64,000 bases of DNA from Bispira polyomma. Its lineage: Eukaryota. The stretch spans positions 28,086,001 through 28,150,000 of the forward strand of contig OZ287753.1 in NCBI GenBank assembly GCA_965649765.1, written 5' to 3'. Of the stretch, positions 1-12,373 are shown in pieces. The position numbers and the translations under genes are program-made. Position 1 is the first letter of the stretch; every line of letters begins with the position of its first letter. The notes beneath the pieces were generated by a model that saw only the letters and a list, made by a program, of their open reading frames with translations, did no database searches and was not told the DNA's origin.

Positions 1-1
1 C

Positions 2-1477
2 CCTCTTGATGTGTGTCAAAAAATTCATACCGAATCGAATGAAACTAACCATAAGTCGGCGGAGGAATGTCCTGAACATGTAGACGCCTATATGAGGGAA
101 GAATGTGACTTTGGGGCAATTCTTGGTCCTTTCGACACCCCACCAATTCAGAATTTGCATTGTTCCCCTTTAATGACCAGACATAAACCAAACTCGCTTA
201 ACAGGCGTGTGATTGTGGATTTGAGTTGGCCTCAGGGGGCTTCAGTAAATGCAGGTGCTTCCCCGACTTCGTATCTGGGTGTCGATTTTTTACTGTCTTA
301 CCCTTCTATTGATCATCTTACTGCTGAAGTGTCTAAATTGGGAAAGGGTTGTCAGATATTTAAAATAGACGTAAGTCGGGCGTTTCGCCACGTCCCCATC
401 GACCTTGGCGACATTGACCTCTTAGGGTTGAAGTGGAAATCTTACTATGTTGATAAATTGCTGCCGTTCGGTTATTTGAATGGCAGTACTATTTTCCAAC
501 GAATTTCGGATGCAGTGCATTTCATAATGCACTCAGAAAATCATAACGTCCACAATTATATCGACGATTTATTATGTGTATCACTTCCCAGCAAAATTCA
601 GAAAACGTTCATAAGATTGCAAGAATTGCTTGCTGAACTGGGTCTTACAGTTAGCCAGAAAAAATTGGTTTCCCCCAGCACTGAGGTAGTCTGTTTAGGC
701 ATAATAATAGACACAGTCAAATGCACAACTTCTATCCCGTCTGAAAAAATGGCAGAAATCCAGAGCAAGTGCAGGGATTGGGATTCAAAACATTATTGTA
801 CCAAGAGAGAACTACAGTCCTTACTGGGCCTTTTGCTATACATCTCTAAATGTATTAAATATGCTCGGGTTTTCTTGAATAGAATGTTGGAACTGCTACG
901 AGATAATCATAGTAAAAATAAAATTGTAATAAGTGATGCATTTAGACGTGACTTAAATTGGTTTACAACTTTTGCAGAGCAGTTCAATGGTGTTTCCTTT
1001 TTCTTACATAAACCCATATCAGGTGAGATAGAATTGGATGCCTGCCTCACAGGTATGGGGGGGATTTATGGAAATCAAGTATACCAAATTAAAGTTCCTA
1101 CAAGTATGGCAGAGTATAACATAGCTTCTCTTGAAATGTTGAACATTTTGGTAGCAATAAAATTATGGATTCAAAAATGGAAGGGTCAGAGAATTTTAGT
1201 AAGATGTGACAATCAGGCAGTAGTCAGTGTCTTACAGACAGGACGTACTAGAGACCCCATATTGGCCACCTATACTAGAAACATATACATGTTAGCCAGT
1301 AAGTTTGACATTGAAATTGTTGTGGTCCATATTCTAGGTAGAGAAAATAAAGTGGCTGACTTACTTTCCAGATGGGCCGAGACAGAAAGTAACCACCTAT
1401 TACTAAACCAATTGGCTGGACCTATTCAATGGCTTCCTGCTCCTGGAAATCTGCTTTTTGTGAACACTCTTATATAG
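2..1477 (+). CDS. E1 pol: reverse transcriptase + RNase H (5'-partial)
   Basis: Frame is open from the window edge (PLDV, matching E2 GFPLDF). Motifs RVIVDLS, KIDVSRAFRH, LPFG, YIDD, CLGI; RNase H ELDACLTGMGG, LEMLN, CDN, NKVADLLSR. Stop TAG at 1475-1477. Confidence 0.95.
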   Translation, partial: PLDVCQKIHTESNETNHKSAEECPEHVDAYMREECDFGAILGPFDTPPIQNLHCSPLMTRHKPNSLNRRVIVDLSWPQGASVNAGASPTSYLGVDFLLSYPSIDHLTAEVSKLGKGCQIFKIDVSRAFRHVPIDLGDIDLLGLKWKSYYVDKLLPFGYLNGSTIFQRISDAVHFIMHSENHNVHNYIDDLLCVSLPSKIQKTFIRLQELLAELGLTVSQKKLVSPSTEVVCLGIIIDTVKCTTSIPSEKMAEIQSKCRDWDSKHYCTKRELQSLLGLLLYISKCIKYARVFLNRMLELLRDNHSKNKIVISDAFRRDLNWFTTFAEQFNGVSFFLHKPISGEIELDACLTGMGGIYGNQVYQIKVPTSMAEYNIASLEMLNILVAIKLWIQKWKGQRILVRCDNQAVVSVLQTGRTRDPILATYTRNIYMLASKFDIEIVVVHILGRENKVADLLSRWAETESNHLLLNQLAGPIQWLPAPGNLLFVNTLI

Positions 1478-1501
1478 CAGGTTGTAGTTTTCTTTTTTCA
1501 G

Positions 1502-2487
1502 GCACTCACCCTGTGGGTCTGGCTCTGATGAGACGGGCTTGTGATAGGCTGAACTCAGCTCTCACTCCAGCCACTAATAAAGCATATGACAGGATGTTCC
1601 GACAGTTCCTAGCTTTTGGAGTCTTTATGTCTTGGCCTCCCCACAAGGTGACTGTGTTGCAAATTTTAGCATATCTAGAGTTCATAAATTTCAATGGTGT
1701 TTCGGCCTCTCAGGTAGTAAATCACATGTCGGCTGTGAAGGCAAAATGTGTCATGTTTCATATAGATGTGCAAGTATTTTCTGATCAGAGAATTTCTTAT
1801 TTCACTAAGGCCATGGCTATGCATAGACCTTTACAGGTGAAGTTGAAGTCAATTTTTGATGTGCACTTGCTTAGGGCTCTGATTAGTAAATGTGATAGTA
1901 CTTACATGGGGCAGATTTTCAAGGCTGTTTATTTGACAAATTTTTTCACATTTTTGCATTTATCCAATCTGTGTCCTCATTCAATGGGGTCATACTCTCC
2001 CCTTAAGCAACTAGCTAGAGCTGATGTTTTCTTCAAGCCAGGGTATGCGGTTATCATGGTCAAATGGTCTAAGACACTGCAGAGAAATGATGCAGTTCGT
2101 TTGTTAACCATCCCAAGTATACAAAATTCAATTAGCTGTCCTGTTCAGGCCTTGAAAGCTGTGTTAGCCATCTCACCAAAAGGGAAAAATCTCCCATTAT
2201 TTCAGTTTAAACTCCAAGGCTCGTGGGTTCCACTAACGGACACACGTGTGCGAAGGCACCTCAAAAATGTACTATCCTTACTTGGTACTCAGTACTCTGG
2301 CTTGACCTTTCACGCCTTCCGACGTTCAGGTGCCACCTTTGCGTTTAACAATAATGTCAAGATTCAAGATATTCAAAAGCAAGGCACCTGGACATCGGAT
2401 TGCGTTTGGCGTTACATCTCAGACTCTGTTGATGCTGGTACTCAGGTTGCTGATTCCTTTAAAAATGTCCTACAAAACACCTACTAG
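1502..2487 (+). CDS. E1 tyrosine recombinase (predicted 3' exon; ORF track 1429-2487)
   Basis: WSKT, CPV, HAFRRSGAT, GTWTSDCVWRY motifs. The first catalytic Arg is replaced by His (FLH, CAT at 1957-1959; E2 has FLR). Homology to E2/E3 begins right after the ttttcag acceptor at 1500-1501. Confidence 0.93.
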
Positions 2488-2562
2488 TTTGGGGCTTGTT
2501 GGTCTAACTTAAATATTCAGGCTTAAGATCTGTCAAAATAACAATAAATATTATACCTTTTT

Positions 2563-2871
2563 GGACATAAGGTTCCCCCCTTTATTATATTAGTACATAT
2601 TGTACTCAAGTATCTAAAGTTCGACTTAAAACCCTAAGTCAAACTTTAGACTAGCATAAATTTAAAGTTTAATCTCTTAAGTTTGCACTTAAATCAAAAT
2701 TTTTACCACACCTAAACTCATAACCTTAAACTCAAATCCTCTAAGTTTGGACTCAAAGTCAACTTTGGCACACTTACACTCTTAAACTCATTCTACTTAA
2801 GGTCACCTAAACGTAAGCTTTGTATAAGCTCTAGGCCTTAAACTCACTTGAGTTAAGGGGACCTTATGCCC
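2563..2871 (+). other. E1 structured 3' non-coding domain
   Basis: Closing inverted repeat ggacataaggttcccc (2563-2578) / ggggaccttatgccc (2857-2871). Internal 16-bp stem 2613-2628/2635-2650 with 1 mismatch, plus smaller hairpins. About 9-10 CTTAAA(C)TCA-like motifs. Confidence 0.75.
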
Positions 2872-5800
2872 ACAACAGTATTACGTATTCTACAAAGAAA
2901 TTGTACATAAAAAATGTGTTAGTAGTAGAAATCATATACATATAATAAAGTTTTTAACCGCAATCTTTTCTTACTGTGAGTTGTTGGTTAAATAACTATT
3001 ATCTGCCCACACACCGAGGAACTGCCTCCCCACAGTTGTAGTAGAAAGATAGTCTGTTACACTACAGACAATACATCACTGAGTGACTGAAATACATTAC
3101 ATAATCACATACCCAATTACATTACATCTTCACTCACGTCAGGAGCTACAGAGGTGCCCATTATTTTGTTAAATGACTTTCCTCAGGTTCAGTTTTTTTA
3201 ATTCAAAATCGGTATTGCATTTAATGAATTGTGTGAAATAATTGTTTCTCCCAAAGGCTGTCTCCAAATTTTAACCCTTTATAACAAATATATATTACAA
3301 AATAGTAGCCATATATTACTAATCCTTTTATTACATCTATTATAAAAATTAAAAATAATTAGGATTTTGTTTATAATGTATTAATGTTTGCACAATTAAT
3401 ACCCATATGTTTACATTCTGCATAAACTTGCTTTCAAAGAATAAACCTTTTTTATCAAATGTTTTTTAGAATTTGGTTCAGAATAACATAATCACTAAAG
3501 TGATACAGTTTCAACTAGTCTACTGGTTAAGTAGTTCAACCTATGTACCGTATACCATGCTATGTCATTGGTTATTCCTGAAAGAAATCCAGAAACTAGT
3601 TCTTTTATAGAGAATCACTGTCAACCTCTGTGATTCACCGGTTATTATCTCAACAATTTCTGCTTCACTGACCTTTGAAGGATACTTATAAGAAGTGGGT
3701 CATTATTTACTTTCACTTCGTATTGTCGTATCTTATTTAGGTTTATGACAGGATGAAATCATCTTTCTTGTATCTACAAATTTTACAATTGACATACTCT
3801 TTGTATAAAAGGGATCTCTATATTTACCAGGGACAATAAAATAAATTTTAATTTTTACAAACTTAGCAGAAAAATTCCACTTCTAAGTTAAGAAGCAAGA
3901 TTTTTTGTTTGTTTTACATTTTGACTTGAAATGATTATTTTCATCATTAAAGTAATATAATCAAAGTGACATATAGCATGTACAGTTACTTCATAAAAAA
4001 GAAGAGTTGTCTCTGTCTACTGCTGTCTCAAGACTTGCATCCTCGAAGTCATATAAAAATCATAGAAAATAAGTTTGGCATTTATTTTATTACAGGATCT
4101 GTCTTAGCTTTTATAATGTGGGATAGATATAATACTGATTTAAACTTACTGACAAAATTAGATCACTTGAAGTCGCTAACAAATTTATTTTGAAATGGAG
4201 GCAGGTGAAGTAAATGCTGAGACCAGTTACCCATGGAAAAGTCCTCAGTATTTTTAGGACAGCAGTCTGGGGAACAATGTGACATTGGAGAAAGAAGCCT
4301 GTGTTGTCAAAGAAATGGTTGCATCAAGGCAAAGAAGTGGATGTGATGTCACAGTATATACTGCTGTTACTTCTGTGCAACTAGCATGAATACATCTTGA
4401 CCATGATAGGTTGACTTGTGTAGGCACAATTTTGCTCAAATCAAAAAGCTATACTTGTTGTAATTGGGGATGATAGAAATGTATAGGTCACATCTTGGAT
4501 CTAAGGATCAAGTTACAATTGTATCCTTTTTATCAGTTCTTAAAAAAGGCTGTTTTTGAGCATGATCAACTATTCACCAGAGCATAACTTGTAAAGAAAA
4601 TGCTTAAGAAGAACTAAAAGAACTTTGCAGTAAATTGTAGTTAATATCATCCACAAATCTAATTTAACAATAAAAGCCTTTTGATTGACTTGGACTCATA
4701 TTCACTCTGATGATTATTCACCTTATCTGGCAAAGGGAACCTTACATTTCAAGCAGGAAAATATAGCCCCCAGTTCCATAGGTCTTTAACCTATATAGCA
4801 AAAGCTGACATTCTTGAAAGCAGTTATACAGACTTGACATTTAGATGACTTAGCCAGGACATTGATGGATGTTATTAGCTATGGTATATATCTATAGCCA
4901 TCTAATATGGCCGCTGTGTTTAAAAGGGGGTGTTGACCAACACACATTTATGGAAGCATAATAAGCTAGGGTATACAGAGTACTATTCAGACAAAATTAT
5001 TGTTGCTCACACAATATTTTCTCCATTCTGAAGTTAAGTAGTTTCCATCCTTTGCTAAAACCCCCTCAAAAGGAGTCTTCACTGAAATCCCTTTGTCATT
5101 ATTTGACAAAGCTCATCCTAAAACTAATAGAAATGCAATGACCATGCACTGAGTATTACCGTTTACTTCAATTTTGATTTAAAAATAATTATAAATATTT
5201 GGATATTAAATTGTTTATCAGAACAAGATTATCTCATGGAAATACTATAATTAACTTTGTTATAAAGATAACGTGTCATTTTAGCAATTATTCCACTTTG
5301 AATATTAAGAAAATTTGTCTTATATTCAGAACAACTTGAGATTCAGCTTAATATGGAGGCACAGTTTAATATGGAGTCACAAGAGTGTTCTAGTAATCTC
5401 TGGTTACATGACAATAATGCCCAAAATCTATGGCTATCACTTCTGAAACATTTCACCCCTTCTATCTGCTCATTTTTATTTGTATAATCTTACACATTTA
5501 GCCTAAATATAATTCGAAATACTTGATACTCAAATATAGGGACATTAAATACTGCATCAAAATTTAAATACATCGTTTAAAGCAACCTACTTTCTTATTA
5601 TTTTGTAAACTATTTAAAGTGTAATGTCATTTTATGCAATAGTGGTTCCTAAATGGTTGTCGACAATGTTTTTGAATTCACCTTCTACACCATCAGTTGT
5701 CACCATGTGTCACCAACACCATCTCTTATCAGCATTAGGTTGCAGTGTGTGGTGTTACTTTAAATTAACAAGCTGGATTATGCCTCAGAATATTGGATCT

Positions 5801-6451
5801 GTGGCTAAATCTAGATTAAAGCAAAACGTCCCTCAATTTAAGTCTTCCTTTTATTTAAGCTTTTATTTAAGCTGCCAAAGTATAATATTACTCAAGGTAT
5901 TTCATTTCAACAGGGTTTTTATGACATGTTTAAATATTGGTATAGTGTAAGTAATATTTTTTTCAAGTAAACCATCTTAATATTCAAGATGTATTTAAAT
6001 GATGTCTCAAATTTTCTTATACAATTTTTTATATAACCTTTAACTGAAAAGACCTTTCATGACAACTTGTATAATTCTTAATGATCCCATGATCTATTGA
6101 TTACTTGTCATTTGCCATCAACTTGCTTATTACACATGTCCAAATTAGTTGTGTGAGTGGTGTATTAAATTGGCATTCACTTTTAAGTCACTTACTTGAA
6201 TTGTGGCCCACCTTAAAACAATGTCGCCAAATAAAAATGAAACTAGTGAAGAATTTGGTGAATATTATAAAGTAATAATGTGGAATAATAAGGTGTTATA
6301 ATGTAACAGTAATACAATGCATATCAAACCAATTAATCTTTAAAATCTATTTAATGGGCTTTTTACTAATACGTGGTAGGGTAGTCGTAAAGTACAGAAT
6401 TGATGTCAGTATAACATGGGTCACTCTGACTCAAAGCTGTAAATTCTCTCT

Positions 6452-6695
6452 AGGCCGTAGTGGCCTAGTGGTAATAATAAGCATCTACTTTAATGTCACT
6501 AGCCCCTCTTTCTCCCATCTGAGGACGGTGACTTTAATTCCCATTGTTTCTCTGTCATGTGATAAAGTTTGTGGTCAAGTACGTGATGTATGGTAAGTGG
6601 TTTAAACAGTACAAACACTACTTGTTTTCCTTCACCAATACACTAGGCGGTCACCAATGATGTGTTGAAAGTGACAAAACACTCAAATAAATTCA
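6452..6695 (+). mobile_element. Degenerate tRNA-derived SINE (Meta/MESC-like core)
   Basis: A-box tggcctagtgg, core tttccttcaccaat, tail tgttgaaagtgacaaaacac. Related pieces at ~20850-20930 (minus) and ~24840-25005. Confidence 0.6.
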
Positions 6696-7079
6696 GATTC
6701 TTACTTTTCCTTATCTTAATGGCATTATATTATTCTGTAGTATCACATAACATAATTTGTTGTGGTTGTTACTATGCTGCTTTGACATGATATTACACAT
6801 ACACCTTCTATAAAGCTCTTGTATAAAAAATAATTCAGACCTCAGAAGTCCCAAAGATTGGCAAGATTTACTATAAAAGCCACAAATATTGTATTTTACT
6901 CTTGGAACAACTATATCTACTTCAATTTGTTTTTGAAAGGGACTAAATAAAGTTGCTTTTATACCACCAAGCCTTTACTTAACTAAAGCTTTCTTTATAT
7001 TTCAGAAAGTTCTTCATGAGATGAGGATTAATAGCTTCGTATACATGTTTTAAACTGTTCACAAAATAGCGTCAAAGAT

Positions 7080-7640
7080 GTGACAATTATGGCAGGTATT
7101 TTTGTTAAAAGTGAACATTTGTGTAACAAGTGACAGTATGATCCGTACACGTTGCAGAAGGCCACAGAAGGTCTGGGTTAGTGGGCATAAGTCTGCAAAC
7201 ACGAGGATGAGTTACCAAACACATTGAAGATGGTTTTGAGGAAATGATAGCAACTGTTGCAGCGTTCGTTGACCTCTCACCTGCTTATGACTTAGTTAAC
7301 CACAAATGCCTTTCTTCACAAAATTCTAGAACTTAATATATTCACCTAACAGGACTGATTAAAAACATGCTTGGGAACAGGCCTTTCTTTATTCAATTGG
7401 GCGCTAAAAAGAGCAAATGGTGAAGTGGACTTAAACCACCTCAGTGCCAACCCATCGAAGACAGAGATGTGTGCTTTCATCTGCGCAATTGTGAAGCAAA
7501 ACGCAAGCTGTAATCACTTAGCATATCTAGGTGTCACCCAAGATCGATGCATCTCCTACAAAACGTATGTTGAGAAGACAAAAGCAAAAGTCTGTAGACT
7601 TTCTGTGCTGTCCACTACTAGAGCAACAAAGCAATGCTAA
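7080..7640 (+). pseudogene. Decayed non-LTR retrotransposon RT fragment
   Basis: Frameshifted translation gives VAAFVDLSPAYDLVNH, LSANPSKTEMCAF and YLGVTQDRCISYKTYVEKTKAKV, typical of LINE RT subdomains. Confidence 0.75.
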
Positions 7641-8796
7641 AGACCTTGTGGAATACAATGATAGAGCTAAAGACTGTATTCAACTATGGCTGAAACACAA
7701 CATGTAACCTGTGGCTGTTTGGACAAAAACATAATAATAAGAACAGTTACCACAAGTAACTACTTCATGTACATTTTTGTAGGAATTTGTGGGACTAGTG
7801 ACCATAAGTGTGGATTGGTGTCCACGGTCGTGACATATCTGTGATATGTTAGTATCAGCAGGTAACACAAACGTGATGTCAGAAGGCGTAACTTTCATTT
7901 ACTTAGGTAAGTGTAAATGAGGCCTGGCCATTAGTCATTACAATACTCTTCGAAGTAAGATAGGCCTCTGTTAAATATAATTCAGGTAATAGTTTCCATA
8001 TATATCCAGCATTGGTGAGACCTTTGCTGGTGTATATGTATGGGGTTTTCGCTTACAAAATACATCAAATCCAATAAATAATAAAAGGCTTAGCTATAAA
8101 CGGATACCGGTAGATATCCAAATATAGCTTTCCCTTTTACTTCGTCTTCCCCCTTCTAACTGGGTACTCAGGAGAAACATTTGGAGATGTGGGTGTTATG
8201 CAAGAAAGATAGAGATGTATTGCAGCTGGGCAATCTTTTTCAATTGGTTTGGCACTAGAATGATGTTATCTACATGAGATCTCCTACACAGCTTACATAA
8301 TTGCACTGAGTGGATAGAATGAGGCATAAGTAGATGAATAGGTAACAAAAGAGGGAATATATAGTTACCTGCTACTGAATAATATACATATATGTGTTGG
8401 AGCCCAACTTAAGATTGGGCCAATCTTAAGATGGACTGTAGCCATTTTAAGAGTTTTTTTTTTCAAATGAAGTTAAGAGCCGTGAATTACCAACATGTGA
8501 ATTAATTATCAAATATTTATTTAAGATATGTATTTCATAAACCAGATATAGTTACTCGATTTAAATTGTAATGTTGTTTTTGTGGTGCCTGTCATCTTCT
8601 AAAGCACAAAACAAGAATCGACAATCCATTAATTACGAACCTAAGTCATAGCCAATATTTATAAGTAGGAAATATTACTTGTTTACATTTTTCCCGATGA
8701 TGATGCCCCTCATGACTGTGATCATATTACCAGGACTCAGACAGGGTACCTTTACAAACAATGTAGACAACAATACCATCATTGACCATGTGAAGT

Positions 8797-9126
8797 AATG
8801 AAATGAATAAATGAAATAGGACATTGGTTATAGCGCACTTACATAACACACTGGCTGCTTCTAAGGGCACAGAGGCTTGCTTGAGGATGATCATTTGTCA
8901 ACGTCCCTAATGATCTTTAATCTGACCTTTAATCTGGAGATAGTACTCAGTGACAGAGGACTGTCATTTTAAGTGGTCGTCCGAGCCACTTGGCAAACTC
9001 CTATTTACATCTTGCCCAAGGATGTTATTCCACCAAATGAAACTAGTAGTTGTTACCAAGAATAGAACCGGAGACCTACTGATCATCAGACCACTAGATG
9101 ACCATAACCACTAGACCACAGGGATC
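8797..9126 (-). mobile_element. tRNA-derived SINE family A, near full length
   Basis: Reverse complement matches the head at 40895-41140 and the tail at 58650-58787 (gtaagtgcgctataa...atttcatttcat). Confidence 0.8.
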
Positions 9127-9679
9127 ACACTGTGTAATCACACAGTGTAATCTAATTCATTCACAACATATGTCTCATGCTGAAGCATGCTAAACCATAG
9201 ACCTTGTAGCATAGTGACCTTCATAGGGTCCCTAATACAGGTTACAATTTTTTTGGTCACAATTGAGGAATTGTTGATTAAATATACAATGAGACAATAG
9301 CTATATGAACATTTTTTGGCTAACGATTGATCAAATTTAGGACACAAACAAATCTTAAACCAGACAGGATTGAATATTCCTATAAAAGTCAATGCATGTC
9401 ATACAGGCTGCATAAACTGGGTATTTATAGCTCTTTATATGGATTATCTGTGGATGTCAGGGCAAACATCAATAGCAAGTAAAACCTGATATACCAGTAA
9501 CAAGTTAATACAAATCGAATATGCATGAACCTGTTTGTAAATATTACCTAAAAGAGAAGAACATTAATATAGAAAAATTATCACAACTTCTTCAAGAAAA
9601 TTGTTATGTTTACAGAAAAAAAGAATGTGTCCCACTGTGGTCGCTAATGTGTCACTAACATGCGAATAGGAATCCACAC

Positions 9680-9972
9680 TTCTGGTCACTAATCATCATT
9701 TTTACAGACAAATGCCCACAAAACTGTACACAAGTTACTTACTTATGGTCATTAATCCTCACTTTTGTAGACTTGTTAAAACGAACCCACACCTTCTACC
9801 ACATACTACACGTTTACGACACAAATAAACAAATTCGTCACATAAATGGTCGCTTTTAACAAAAATAGGGAAACTCCCTCAAATCTTCCACGAAAGGTAC
9901 ACCTGTAATTCTATTTTTGAATGGTTTAAAGCATTCATGGCAGAGCCACTAATCCTCACTTATCAAGAGGTT
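9680..9972. repeat. Dispersed repeat, copy 1
   Basis: Aligns by eye with 20978-21162 (cactaatcctcact..gtagacttgtt..aaggtacacctgt..ctaatcctcacttatcaaga). Confidence 0.7.
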
Positions 9973-10699
9973 TCTAAAACATTTTAAATGATCCGACACG
10001 TAGGATAACATTTTGCACAGATTTATTTGTGACATATTCAGAGTGGTGATTCATGTGAATGAACAAGAAACAAATGTTCCAAAAGAAGAAGGAAGCTTTG
10101 GAGACATAACTACTGCGGTGTTTACAAGATAAAAAAGGGAAAGGAAACCCTGGGAAAACTTTGGCTCTTCCACCCTTGGAATTGGCCTTGACATTTTCAC
10201 CAAATGGGCCATATATGTAATGAGGTGTTTAATCTCGTCCTAGGAAATCAACAAGGGCCAGAATTAAATGTAGAGCCATGTAAAAGGAATTACTAGTGAT
10301 CTCTGCATTATCTTAAATGTTCGTTCACCTTTTATTTGGCTATTTATCTTCAGAAATCATCTATTTTTGTCAAGATGGGAAAACCTAGCAGCTGAAGGGA
10401 TTAGTAGTTTTCTGAGGCAAGCTATTTATTTAGTGGCTTTTCATTAAATCCAGAATACTGGACCCCAGAATGGAGCTTGTTACACTTGCGTAACTGGGAT
10501 GTTTTACACTCATAGTTCATAGACAGAAATTCACACTAAATGGCATTAAGTAACAATTATAGCAAACTGTATTGATATGGTTATAGCATATTACTGCTGA
10601 CACACCGATTATCTCATTACTATTTTCTTGTGCTATTCTTTTTGCTTTCTGTTTTACATATCCATTGTCCCTGTTTCAACTCCCAGTAGGAGACTTGTT

Positions 10700-10850
10700 T
10701 TGGTGATCGAAAGGGCCCGGTTCGATTTCTGATAAAAAAAAAATGCTGCTAGGTTCATTGGTGGGATAACATTCTTAGGTAAGATGTGAATATGCCATTG
10801 CCTACTGATGACGACCCAGGCTACGCTGTAGGATACATGATCGGTTGATT
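10700..10850 (+). mobile_element. SINE family A fragment
   Basis: B-box ggttcgattt and core gctgctag..ttcattggtgggataacatt shared with the 40895 copy. Confidence 0.65.
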
Positions 10851-12373
10851 GATTCGGTTGCTAAGCTTTAGAAGATGCCTCGCATCAAAATATAAAAGTA
10901 AAAAAATTTCTAAATATAAACGTAAGACATACAATTCAGTGTTACTGTTGTTGATTTCAGTTGATGATTAGTAAAATTTGGTTAAAACCTTTGCAAATCA
11001 TTTCCCCTTTAATTGTGCAGGTCACAAAGTATTTGTGGTTTCCACTTTATCAATAGCAAATATTGTGGGGTTCTGGCAGTGGCATTATAAAGGCTGTACT
11101 TTATAATTGGAAACAAGCAACTAGCCAATAAAAATGGAAACACCCTAAAATATTTACAATACCACACTTTGTGTGGGTTAGGGTATTAATGTCATTTCTA
11201 TATTGTAGTTTGTTTTTATTTAATTTAATTTAATTTATTTAATTGGCTCAAACAAGTATTCACATCAGAATACTTTTAAAACAGTCACAGTCTATGGGGC
11301 TTCATTTCCAGGTCGCTTTGCATTCATCTCAGGGGAAATAACGAAGATAACATGTTTTTGACTGCAGGATTTTTGTAGCACAGCAAAATACAATTTAATG
11401 GTTGATGGTTAAAAAATATCCCGATGCCTTCGAGTTCAAATACAAGTTAGACATTATAAAAGCCACTATTTTAAATATTAAAGCATTCATTTATCTTTAG
11501 TGACAGTCAATTCAGTAAACAAAACAATGCAAAACACATTGTTAACCTTGCATTGTTAATATGACTTAACATAAGTTAATTTATATTCATACAAGTGACA
11601 GAAGTTACACTAAAAATAGTTATGAACAGTGTTATGTATTGACACATTTAAAACTGCAGTGACAATATGATAGAATTCTATATTTGTTGTAATTAACATG
11701 CTGAACTGTTTCCAATAATAGTTTCCAATAACACACTATCGAGTTGTATAAATATAACCAAGGTAATTTTATTTTTATTATTATTTTGGTAGGATAATCG
11801 TTTACATGTTTCTGAGACACAACAAGATGTTCGTAAGGGTCATAGATATTGATTTACTATAATTTGTAAGGTAGCCCGAAGGGGCTAGCAGGGTCAGTGT
11901 TAAGCAGGGACTTTATTAAGAACCTTTCTGGTCTGTATGACCCCAGTTTTCATTGGCTGTCAAATAACCTAATTTACACAGATTCCCGCCAAATAGCCTA
12001 AGGGGTTGACTTACTAAACCAAAGTCAAGCAGGCAACACACCATATTTAAATATAAACAATTTACCTTTATTTTATTTTATTTTTACATTTATGTGTTAT
12101 CTTGGAAGTCTAATACCTCACAGAGATTCAACTGATGGTTGCTGATCTTACTGGAGTGTTACAGACGGCATAATGCTTTGATATATGCGAATATTGCTCT
12201 GCTGTTTGTTGGAGCAGATTCTTGGGGGAAGTATTTCACTTCTACTCTTACTGTGGTATAAGTACAATTTATGTCACATCCAGCTCAGTATCCGCAGATA
12301 TCAAAGCACGGTCTTGTTTATATTGTGTTTTAGTGACATTTAAATTAACTGATTATAAGGAACTATCAAAGGA

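Larger units (their letters stand above)
1..3000 (+). mobile_element. YR retrotransposon E1 (Ngaro-like); 5' part outside the window
   Basis: RT/RNase H ORF followed by a tyrosine recombinase ORF, then a structured 3' region and AATAAA at ~2944. No methyltransferase domain after RNase H. The 3' boundary is approximate. Confidence 0.92.

Noticed and set aside
1429-1501. ATG at 1429 as the true YR start overlapping pol
   Set aside because: The encoded peptide has no counterpart in E2/E3 and runs through a polypyrimidine tract; homology starts at the acceptor. Not formally excluded for E1.
2580-2860. CRISPR-like or retron-like array next to an RT
   Set aside because: The repeats are only ~10 nt, degenerate and irregularly spaced. 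There are no cas genes, and the RT is a eukaryotic YR-retrotransposon type. Kept as a structured 3' domain instead.
3966-11820. Short 60-110 aa ORFs in AT-rich intervals here and elsewhere
   Set aside because: No motifs or splice support; expected by chance, apart from the LINE fragment at 7080-7640.
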